This document shows positions 8,207 through 14,755 of a stretch of DNA of 31,139 bases, piece after piece. Each line of letters starts with the position of its first letter. The stretch's first letter is position 1. Under the pieces are notes generated by a model, which did no database searches, was not told the DNA's origin, and saw only the letters and a program-made list of their open reading frames with translations. The position numbers were made by a program, and so were the translations under genes. The stretch is from a virus (Duplodnaviria > Caudoviricetes): positions 1 to 31,139 of the IMG/VR virus record IMGVR_UViG_3300032305_000230; one strand, given 5' to 3'.

Positions 8207-8812
8207 TTATCTTCCTTTTAATCGTGTAATTACTTGTTCTACTTCATCGTTAAATTCTACTACTTTACTTTCAAGCTCTGCAATATAGGCATCATCACGT
8301 TCATACCGCTTGATGAATAGTTGCATATCTTTAGGTAACTCTGGACAAAACGAGACAAAATCTACCCACTTGCTGTGCGTACAAGACATCTGCCAAGCCA
8401 TCTGAGGAATGTACTTGGCTGGCACCTTGTCGTCAAGTAAATACTTCACGTGTGTTTTAGCCATAGGACATTTAATCTCAATCAAGCCATCATCTACAAT
8501 GCCATCAGGACTCGCGCCACTCATTGCAATCGTTGGATGGTCGATGAATGGAACTTGCTTCACAAACGTTGCGCGTTCTACCTCATACCATGCACGTGCG
8601 ATAGGCTCAAGCTCCGTTCCTCGTTCCATGTGAGCATTGGTATACCCTTCTGCATGTGTGCCTGTTAAACGCTCGCATACGAGTTCTATGCGGTAGTCTG
8701 CACGACTAGCTGCCTCGCCTGTTTTAATCTGAGCGATGACATCTGCAATACGACTAGCAGTAATCTTGCCTAGACGCATCTGGTGCCATGCTTCTGTGCC
8801 TTGTTCAATCAT
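8207..8812 (-). CDS. YqaJ/lambda-exonuclease family recombination nuclease
   Basis: QGTEAW...RLGKITAS, GTELEP, ASPDG, IEIKCP and QMAWQM motifs. Confidence 0.92.
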   Translation of the reverse strand: MIEQGTEAWHQMRLGKITASRIADVIAQIKTGEAASRADYRIELVCERLTGTHAEGYTNAHMERGTELEPIARAWYEVERATFVKQVPFIDHPTIAMSGASPDGIVDDGLIEIKCPMAKTHVKYLLDDKVPAKYIPQMAWQMSCTHSKWVDFVSFCPELPKDMQLFIKRYERDDAYIAELESKVVEFNDEVEQVITRLKGR

Positions 8813-8949
8813 TATCTAATCCTCGGGATTGGTTTTGAAAGCACATACTTGTGGCCCATCTGAGCTACAATTGCGGCTACTTGTCTATCACGCTTTTTCA
8901 TTGCTACTGATGGTGGTGATGACAATCTATAAAAGTTATTCAATAGCAT
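8812..8949 (-). CDS. Small basic hypothetical protein (45 aa)
   Basis: MLLNNFYRLSSPPSVAMKKRDRQ...; ATG 8949 with a GGGG RBS is preferred over 9027. Confidence 0.5.
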   Translation of the reverse strand: MLLNNFYRLSSPPSVAMKKRDRQVAAIVAQMGHKYVLSKPIPRIR

Positions 8950-9160
8950 TTTGTCCCCCGTATCTATACTCGGCAACGTTGCAAGACTCTCCAAACTTAT
9001 TAAAGACACCAATCCTGACTGTTTCAATTTTCATGCCTTTCTTTTTTAGAAGATGGATAATTGCAGATAGTCTGTAAATACCAAGCTCTACCCATGCTTC
9101 AAGCGGATTGACAGCTCTGTGTTGAATCAAGTAATTCTCTAAGCGTTCTTCTTGTGTCAT
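8936..9160 (-). CDS. Helix-turn-helix protein (HTH_39-like)
   Basis: TQEERL..YL....VNPLEAW.ELGIYRLSAII..L.K.G..IET pattern. Confidence 0.8.
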   Translation of the reverse strand: MTQEERLENYLIQHRAVNPLEAWVELGIYRLSAIIHLLKKKGMKIETVRIGVFNKFGESCNVAEYRYGGQNAIE

Positions 9161-9163
9161 GGC

Positions 9164-9748
9164 TTATCCCTCAAAGAGTGAAGCAATTTCTTTGGCCCGT
9201 GCAATGACTAAAGCCTCTGCCTGTTTGTTTCCTTGGCATGCGTTCATTGCTTTCTTGTATGCAACTGTTAGTGCTGCCTTATCTTTCGCTTTGCCTAGGT
9301 CTGCTAGGATTGCATCGGTATCAATGTCAATCTGTGGCAAGTCCTCGCCAGCAAAGATGTATAGACCAATACCAAAGCAAGCAATACATTTAGCCAGGCA
9401 TCGCATTGTCGCATCACTAATCTTACGTGCATCAGGATTTGTGATTGCATTATTGCGGTTATCCATAACTGGCAACTGCATACGCATCGTCTTGCCAAGT
9501 GCTGTAACGTTACAAAATACCATCATGGTGTCGTTATATACCTTTGGCTCTGGAAACTCCCATACAGCTTGTGGGTCTTGCATTAGCAATTGGTCTACAG
9601 CCCATGTCCATGATAGGTATGTGAGCTGGCCTTTCTTTTCTGTAAAATCGTTTACGTTAATCTTGCGTAGTTCTGCGTATGTAGTCATTATCGTGTCCTG
9701 TTGTTTAAGTTCATCCATTACTTCTGCTTGAAATTGTTGCTGACTCAT
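9164..9748 (-). CDS. Sak/Rad52-like single-strand annealing protein (DUF1071); probable main start at 9688
   Basis: LTYLSWTWA, LPVMDNRN, MRCLAKCIACFGIGLYIFAGED motifs; second ATG at 9688 preceded by AGGACACGATA. Confidence 0.88.
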   Translation of the reverse strand: MSQQQFQAEVMDELKQQDTIMTTYAELRKINVNDFTEKKGQLTYLSWTWAVDQLLMQDPQAVWEFPEPKVYNDTMMVFCNVTALGKTMRMQLPVMDNRNNAITNPDARKISDATMRCLAKCIACFGIGLYIFAGEDLPQIDIDTDAILADLGKAKDKAALTVAYKKAMNACQGNKQAEALVIARAKEIASLFEG

Positions 9749-9987
9749 AGGTTATTAGCCTCATTGTCAATAATCAATCCTTCTAAGGCATCCATGACGC
9801 GCTTAGATAATAGTTCTTCAATGTTTTGAGTGCTGTCAGTAAGTTCTACTGAGTGAATGGTAACTGAGTAAATAGTAGGACTATCACCAGTTCCGTATGG
9901 GTCTTTCTCTATGTCACATTCATAGATTACATCTAACTCTATGCCGTAGACTTCAAAAGTTTCTAATGTTCCGTCTTTAATTGCCAT
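9745..9987 (-). CDS. Acidic hypothetical protein, first gene of the leftward operon
   Basis: ORF track; RBS AGGAG. Confidence 0.7.
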   Translation of the reverse strand: MAIKDGTLETFEVYGIELDVIYECDIEKDPYGTGDSPTIYSVTIHSVELTDSTQNIEELLSKRVMDALEGLIIDNEANNL

Positions 9988-10026
9988 TATCGTCTCCTAA
10001 TAGTTAGTACCAAGCGGTACGTGTTC

Positions 10027-10135
10027 ACAATATATATATCTGTGAGCTATCTGTATAATGATTTATTTAAATCGACTTGTCAATATCGATAAGAAATTTT
10101 AATGGATATACTTTTAACATATAGATTATTATTTG
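10027..10135. promoter_or_regulatory. Divergent control region between the recombination and replication operons
   Basis: AT-rich gap between divergent genes, with -10-like hexamers and two AT-N11-AT boxes (10058-72, 10089-103). Confidence 0.5.
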
Positions 10136-10138
10136 TAT

Positions 10139-10185
10139 TGGCTAGGTTATGCAGACCGAAAAGGCGATTCATCTCCGCCCTGCCA
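10139..10185 (+). ncRNA. Three-way-junction structured leader upstream of the replication initiator
   Basis: P1 TGGC(T)AG/CTGCCA; P2 GGTT-ATGCA-GACC; GAAAA linker; P3 GGCG-N9-CGCC. Confidence 0.5.
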
Positions 10186-10223
10186 GCTTTTCTTTTGATG
10201 ATAACTTTTGATGAGGGTTTATT

Positions 10224-10910
10224 ATGCACTACTATCAGCACCACATTGGCGACTTTATTAAGGACACATCGTTCTTAACTAATGAAGAAGTCGGAATATA
10301 TGTAAAGCTAATATGGCTTTACTACGATTCTGAAAAGCCGCTTCCAAATGATATATTTACTCTTAGCATGAAAACAAATGCAAGGGATGTGCAGCCGATT
10401 GTTACTGGCCTGCTAGATATGTATTTCACTTTGCAAGAAGATGGATGGCATCATACTAGATGTGACCAAACAATTGCTGAATACCATAAGCAATTAGACA
10501 CAGCTTCTAAAGCTGGCAAGGCTTCTGCTGAGAAACGGAAACTAAACGCTAGTTCAACTACAGTTCAACATGAATCCAACGAACGTTCAACGACCGTTCA
10601 ACCAACCAATAACCATAAACCAATAACCAATAACCAACTAACTACAAAACCCTCGCGCGAAATCGCGCTTGTTGTTTCGCATGACTTTGAAACTTTCTGG
10701 CATACATATCCAAAGAAAGTAGGAAAGGATGCAGCGCTTAAATCGTGGAACAAGGCAAAGCCATTTCTTGATGATGTATTAAACGCATTATATTGGCAGA
10801 AAGAATCTGAGCAATGGAAGCGTGAGAATGGCAAGTATATTCCGAACCCATCCACGTATCTTAATCAGGGTCGTTGGAAAGATGAAGCACCAGTAGAGGA
10901 GTTATGGTAA
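10224..10910 (+). CDS. Replication initiator, DUF1376/YdaU family (lambda O analogue)
   Basis: N-terminal YYQHHIGDF..DT.FLT.EE.G.Y..L...YY..E.PLP; C-terminal FETFW..YPKKVGK..A...W and YIPNPSTYLNQGRW. Confidence 0.88.
   Translation: MHYYQHHIGDFIKDTSFLTNEEVGIYVKLIWLYYDSEKPLPNDIFTLSMKTNARDVQPIVTGLLDMYFTLQEDGWHHTRCDQTIAEYHKQLDTASKAGKASAEKRKLNASSTTVQHESNERSTTVQPTNNHKPITNNQLTTKPSREIALVVSHDFETFWHTYPKKVGKDAALKSWNKAKPFLDDVLNALYWQKESEQWKRENGKYIPNPSTYLNQGRWKDEAPVEELW
10552..10668 (+). repeat. Putative replication origin inside the initiator gene
   Basis: GTTCAAC at 10552, 10563, 10585 and 10596 (ATCCAAC at 10574), an 11-bp period; five tandem AACCAAT-like heptamers at 10604-38; inverted repeat GCGCGA-AA-TCGCGC at 10655-68. 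Confidence 0.75.
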
Positions 10911-11233
10911 TGTTAGAACATGACAAACTGCCGTTTAAGAAAATGATGGGCGCATTGACTACAAACTATAGCAAGCCAGAGCTTGACATCGAGATGCTGC
11001 GCTTATGGTGGAGCAAGCTAAAGGTCTATGAGTTTAATATGGTATCGCTGGCCTTGAGCAAGTGGATAGGCACAAACAAGAAGATGCCAACCATTGCAGA
11101 TGTGATAGAGTTATGCAAAGCACAAGAGAAGCGCGTATTTGATATGGCCTTGCCTCGTAGATATACAGATGAGGAGCGCCAGGCTAATCGTGATAGGCTT
11201 GCTGACATGCGTAAACAATTGGGGTGGCGATGA
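10910..11233 (+). CDS. Putative helicase loader (lambda P / G39P-like role)
   Basis: Directly follows the initiator (TAATG coupling, RBS GAGGAG). LWWSKL..Y...V..A...W......MPTIADV pattern. Confidence 0.6.
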   Translation: MLEHDKLPFKKMMGALTTNYSKPELDIEMLRLWWSKLKVYEFNMVSLALSKWIGTNKKMPTIADVIELCKAQEKRVFDMALPRRYTDEERQANRDRLADMRKQLGWR

Positions 11234-11463
11234 AGTGGTATCCTTGGGGCGCTTACGCAATAGTAAACTTCAAGTATAAGGCAGGAGATGTGGATAAGGT
11301 CATACGCATGAAAGGCTATGCAATTTCTAAATCCCCTCGCCTAGAAGGTGGCAATATCTATCAGGTGTGGATGCTGCCCTCTTTGCTGCTAGGAAAATTT
11401 GATGACGTGGAAAGTGCAAAGGCAAAAGTCGCCCAGCATTTAAAAGAGAATGAACCAAAATAA
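11230..11463 (+). CDS. Hypothetical protein
   Basis: ORF track; ATGA overlap at 11230. Confidence 0.6.
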   Translation: MKWYPWGAYAIVNFKYKAGDVDKVIRMKGYAISKSPRLEGGNIYQVWMLPSLLLGKFDDVESAKAKVAQHLKENEPK

Positions 11464-11740
11464 ATTTCTACGCCCCTTCGCCTATTTATTGGTTTTGGCA
11501 AAAAATGGCAAAAAGTTTAAAAAAATCGGTAAAAATAAACCAAAAGTTTAGAATTGTGGGAAAAAATAAACTCGCGCCATAGTTTTAAAATAATGGCTTC
11601 ATGCAAGGGCGTATAAATGACAATCAATAAAGAACCTATATCTCACTATCAAATTGATATTAAAATGCGCCTATGGCCTTAAAAATAGGCTTGGCGCGTG
11701 TTTAATAGTTTAATAACTCATGCCACAATCAAAAGGCAAT

Positions 11741-11764
11741 AAAAAAGCCCCGTTATAGGGGCTT
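11741..11764 (-). terminator. Intrinsic terminator of the leftward early cluster
   Basis: Minus strand AAGCCCC-TATAAC-GGGGCTT followed by a U-run, just past the stop at 11772. Confidence 0.8.
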
Positions 11765-11771
11765 GATTAAT

Positions 11772-11948
11772 CTACCACCCGTTATTTAATTGCCAGGCAT
11801 GGTTTATGTTATGCAAAAACGTTTTAGCGTCCACAACGTCAGTTTCGTAATATTCCGCGAATCTTTCTAATGTTAGAAAATTGTTTTTCCAATCTAAATA
11901 GATAGATTCTGCAGCGCTTTCCATTGGGTCAAGTGTTGATAAATACAT
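11772..11948 (-). CDS. Small early phage protein (58 aa)
   Basis: MYLSTLDPMESAAESIYLDWKNNFLTLERFAEYYETD...; the YLDWxNNFLT..FAEYY pattern is one I associate with small phage proteins. Missed by the ORF track. Confidence 0.7.
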   Translation of the reverse strand: MYLSTLDPMESAAESIYLDWKNNFLTLERFAEYYETDVVDAKTFLHNINHAWQLNNGW

Positions 11949-11950
11949 AA

Positions 11951-12418
11951 TTAAGCCCTTTTCCCGTCAATTGTGAATTCGTATTCATTCATTAAAATAG
12001 TTTCATCGATATACTCATCGGATTCTTGAAAGCGCAAATCATCACGCCAGGCTTGAAAACCTAAAGATAAGGCATAATTAAAGGCGTCCAAGGCCCCGCG
12101 CTCTTTAAAAGCACCAACAAAAGCCGTTTGCATTAATTCCCCAATGCAATAACCGTCTGATAATTGCATTTTATCGGCTTGTCGGAATGTTAAGCCCCTG
12201 AAGGCGTCATTTGTGGCATCTGTTGTAAAATCGAAACGTGATGAATCAATCTCATAATCTTTTAATCTAATGTGAAAACACGCGCAAAAATGCTTAATGC
12301 TATCCGCGCTCTCATCTAGCCAGGCATATTGTCCTTCACGGAACCATGCACGGGCTTCGTCCTTTGCTTCGTCTGTTAATTCGTCAAAAGTATAAATATC
12401 TAATATTTGTTGTCTCAT
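11951..12418 (-). CDS. Acidic early phage protein (YxFDEL...NEYEFT.DG family), function unknown
   Basis: Family-like termini IYTFDELTDEAKDEAR and NEYEFTIDG; RBS AAGGGG. Confidence 0.75.
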   Translation of the reverse strand: MRQQILDIYTFDELTDEAKDEARAWFREGQYAWLDESADSIKHFCACFHIRLKDYEIDSSRFDFTTDATNDAFRGLTFRQADKMQLSDGYCIGELMQTAFVGAFKERGALDAFNYALSLGFQAWRDDLRFQESDEYIDETILMNEYEFTIDGKRA

Positions 12419-12499
12419 AATAAAACCCCTTATCGTGTGTTTATCGTATCGGCTTAATGCAAGCCCTTAAACCCTCAATGCGAGGGCTTAAAGAATACA

Positions 12500-12790
12500 T
12501 TAAAACTTCGTCATACATTCGCGCAGGGTTCGCATTTCATCAGTCCAAGATTGTCCGCAGCAATAATCAGCGCCATATTTATCACTAAACATAATCCGTG
12601 AATATATCCCGTAATCTTTCCATAATGACAAAGGCAAGCGCAGGCGCCTGGCTAATGTTTCTTTGGTGTTAGTCCTGCAGCCTTTTCCAACAAAATCCAA
12701 AATGGCCGCTTGTTGTGTTTCTGTTAGATATTCGGGGCCATTCTTATGTTTGGCCTCATATATTGCATGTGAAAGATTATTTTGGTTCAT
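12500..12790 (-). CDS. Hypothetical early protein
   Basis: ORF track; RBS AAGGA. Confidence 0.7.
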   Translation of the reverse strand: MNQNNLSHAIYEAKHKNGPEYLTETQQAAILDFVGKGCRTNTKETLARRLRLPLSLWKDYGIYSRIMFSDKYGADYCCGQSWTDEMRTLRECMTKF

Positions 12791-12802
12791 GGTGTCGTGT
12801 CC

Positions 12803-12904
12803 TTATCGTAATAATGGTGAATTGGTTAATGCAAAATCAAAAGAGTAAAGAAAACCTATAAAGGCGATTGTCACTAGAATGTATAAAGCCCAATCGTGTC
12901 GCAT
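12803..12904 (-). CDS. Small membrane peptide (33 aa)
   Basis: MRHDWALYILVTIAFIGFLYSFDFALTNSPLLR* fills the gap between neighbouring genes; RBS AGGGG. Confidence 0.55.
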   Translation of the reverse strand: MRHDWALYILVTIAFIGFLYSFDFALTNSPLLR

Positions 12905-12905
12905 A

Positions 12906-13190
12906 TTAAGCACCCCTAAAATGTTTGTCATAAATGCTTTTATCGTTAAAAAGCTCGTTTTTAATTTGCTCAATCTTGCCACGTGGTGAGATATAAGCCC
13001 AAAAACTTATGCGAGTTTCATACCATGGTGAGTTTGGGGCATTTGTGATACTGATTAAAATTGTTTCAGTATTTGGTATTTCTGTTGTCTTGATGATTGG
13101 GGAAACTTGGAAACAAGGCTTATTGCAATAATAATCAATCTCATATTGTAAGTTTGCGAGCTTTCTTACTTGGTGCTTAGTTAATGTCAT
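12906..13190 (-). CDS. Hypothetical early protein
   Basis: ORF track; RBS AAGGA. Confidence 0.7.
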   Translation of the reverse strand: MTLTKHQVRKLANLQYEIDYYCNKPCFQVSPIIKTTEIPNTETILISITNAPNSPWYETRISFWAYISPRGKIEQIKNELFNDKSIYDKHFRGA

Positions 13191-13259
13191 TTTATCGTGT
13201 CCTTATCGTTTGCTTAACATCTGCTTAAAATTTAATCAGCTTGGTGTTTCGTTCGCTGA

Positions 13260-13342
13260 TGGCGCATTATAATCACAAGTCTTATTGCATGTGTTAATCA
13301 TTTGTTTTTATGATAAAGTGATAATCAATAAGTTTTATTTAT
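13260..13342 (-). promoter_or_regulatory. Leftward early promoter with a perfect -10 and paired upstream boxes
   Basis: Minus strand TATAATGCGCCA (13271-13260), no consensus -35, AT-N11-AT boxes at 13297-311 and 13328-342. Confidence 0.55.
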
Positions 13343-13358
13343 CAATGAGGTTAAGTGA

Positions 13359-13940
13359 TTGTTTGATATACCAAAAAAGAAGCCCACAATCGAGTTAAAA
13401 GAAAAGAAGCCCGACGCGCGATTCTATTCTGTTATCCCATTGAGGGCGATACATGACAAGAGATTAACAAGGGGGGATTATATTAATCTAATCTCTTTAT
13501 GCTCTTATTGCTCAAATAATGGCTTTACGTTTGTTGCATATTCCACCATTGCACAATTAAGAGGGTGCAGCGTACAAAATACTGCTAGGGGAATGAAGAA
13601 ACTGCAGAGCTTGGGATACTTTGAGATTGTTAGAAAAGGATATACGGGATTAAGAGGCGCATTAAAGAGGGTTATATTCGACGATTCATTAAGCATTGAA
13701 GATATTATAAGCATAAGCAATACACCAATTGAAACACCAACAATAGAGGCTCAAACTATGGCTAGATATAAGAAGGCAGCAACACCAATCAATCATCAGG
13801 CAGATGCAAATACACCGATAAGTTTTAATGATGCTGTACTAGCTGTTTCTCAATCTCTCAAGAGTGATGAAGATTTGTTAAGGCTAGAGCAATTAGTCTC
13901 TAAGGGGGTGACACTAGCGGAGTTATTAGAGGCTTTCTAA
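13359..13940 (+). CDS. Winged helix-turn-helix protein (HTH_36-like, replication/regulatory)
   Basis: YSVIP..AI.D..LT......L..LCSY....G......STIA...G.S....AR....L...GY pattern; TTG start with GAGG RBS. Confidence 0.75.
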   Translation: MFDIPKKKPTIELKEKKPDARFYSVIPLRAIHDKRLTRGDYINLISLCSYCSNNGFTFVAYSTIAQLRGCSVQNTARGMKKLQSLGYFEIVRKGYTGLRGALKRVIFDDSLSIEDIISISNTPIETPTIEAQTMARYKKAATPINHQADANTPISFNDAVLAVSQSLKSDEDLLRLEQLVSKGVTLAELLEAF

Positions 13941-14149
13941 TGGGTGGGTCATTCTAGCTAGTAAATATCAAGGGGGTTAGTGCGAATCGTGTGGTGTGTA
14001 GCGTGTGAGAGAATCGACCCTATGCCCCCCCACCCCATCGCTTAGCGGTAGGGGTACATGAAGCAATTTTTCGCTGGTTTTTTGTAGTAACAGATAAGTT
14101 ACCATGATGTATATAGCGTGTGTGTATGGCATGTAGGGATTAAAGACAA

Positions 14150-14376
14150 AGGAAAACCTAACCCGAATAAAATAAGTATTCAGATAAAAACACCTTACGG
14201 TGCGCTACTCTCGTTTATCTAATCTATACCTGTATGGTACCCACAGCTCTTGGCCCCGATTTTATCACTAACCTTGCATATAGCTTGCGTTAGCCTTTAA
14301 GGAGTACCCTGCGGTTCGATATGTTTATCTGCATCTGTCGTAGCTACATTTGCAAGGGCTGGGTAATGGCCCCGTT
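14150..14376 (-). ncRNA. Candidate ~230-nt highly structured non-coding RNA
   Basis: No ORF; near-continuous stems including a GNRA hairpin; duplicated CGGGGCCA and AGATAAAC motifs; upstream promoter. Confidence 0.6.
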
Positions 14377-14381
14377 CATTT

Positions 14382-14409
14382 AATATACACTCTTTATATA
14401 TTTTTGCAA
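14382..14409 (-). promoter_or_regulatory. Leftward sigma70-like promoter for the candidate ncRNA
   Basis: Minus strand TTGCAA-N16-TATATT. Confidence 0.55.
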
Positions 14410-14420
14410 GCTATTTATTA

Positions 14421-14449
14421 TGATATACTAAGATATACACTAGATATAT
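14421..14449 (+). promoter_or_regulatory. Extended -10 promoter overlapped by three phased GATATA repeats (putative RHH operator)
   Basis: TG-A-TATACT at 14421-29; GATATA at 14422, 14432 and 14443. Confidence 0.5.
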
Positions 14450-14460
14450 AAGGGGTTGAC

Positions 14461-14580
14461 ATGTGGTGGTGGGTATTAGGAGTAGGGTTAGTGGCATCTA
14501 TAATATGGGTGGCATGTGAGATAGTAATAGAGAAGATGTTTGACAATAGTGATTTAGGAGATTCAGACTATGGCTGTTAA
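14461..14580 (+). CDS. Small membrane protein (39 aa)
   Basis: MWWWVLGVGLVASIIWVACEIVIEKMFDNSDLGDSDYGC*; RBS AAGGGG. Confidence 0.5.
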   Translation: MWWWVLGVGLVASIIWVACEIVIEKMFDNSDLGDSDYGC

Positions 14581-14755
14581 TGAATACAACAAGTTCTTGG
14601 TGCGATTGACACCAAAGACCAGGGCAATGCTTGATGCTGCACATAAAGATAAGGAAATGCCTAGGGCGCACATTGTGAACCTAGCATTAAAGAGTTATCT
14701 TAAAGAATATAGTAATGTAGACTTAAATGCACGTTTAAATGCACTAAGCACATGA
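14570..14755 (+). CDS. Ribbon-helix-helix (Arc/CopG-like) regulator
   Basis: KFLVRL beta ribbon followed by two helices (TPKTRAMLDAA; RAHIVNLALKSYL); RBS AGGAG. Confidence 0.75.
   Translation: MAVNEYNKFLVRLTPKTRAMLDAAHKDKEMPRAHIVNLALKSYLKEYSNVDLNARLNALST

Noticed and set aside
9159-9731. 190-aa + strand ORF
   Set aside because: Lies antisense to the well-supported DUF1071 annealase and has no recognisable motifs.
10025-10045. TCACA...TGTGA as a CRP site
   Set aside because: The half-sites are in inverted order with 11-bp spacing, not TGTGA-N6-TCACA.
10139-10185. Hammerhead ribozyme (three stems plus GAAA)
   Set aside because: The CUGANGA core is absent.
10552-10638. Short repeats as a CRISPR array
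   Set aside because: Units are 7-11 bp with no spacers, lie inside a gene, and there are no cas genes.
14305-14325. GGTTCGAT T-loop-like sequence suggesting a tRNA or tmRNA
   Set aside because: No T-stem closes around it, and there is no cloverleaf, CCA end or tag reading frame.
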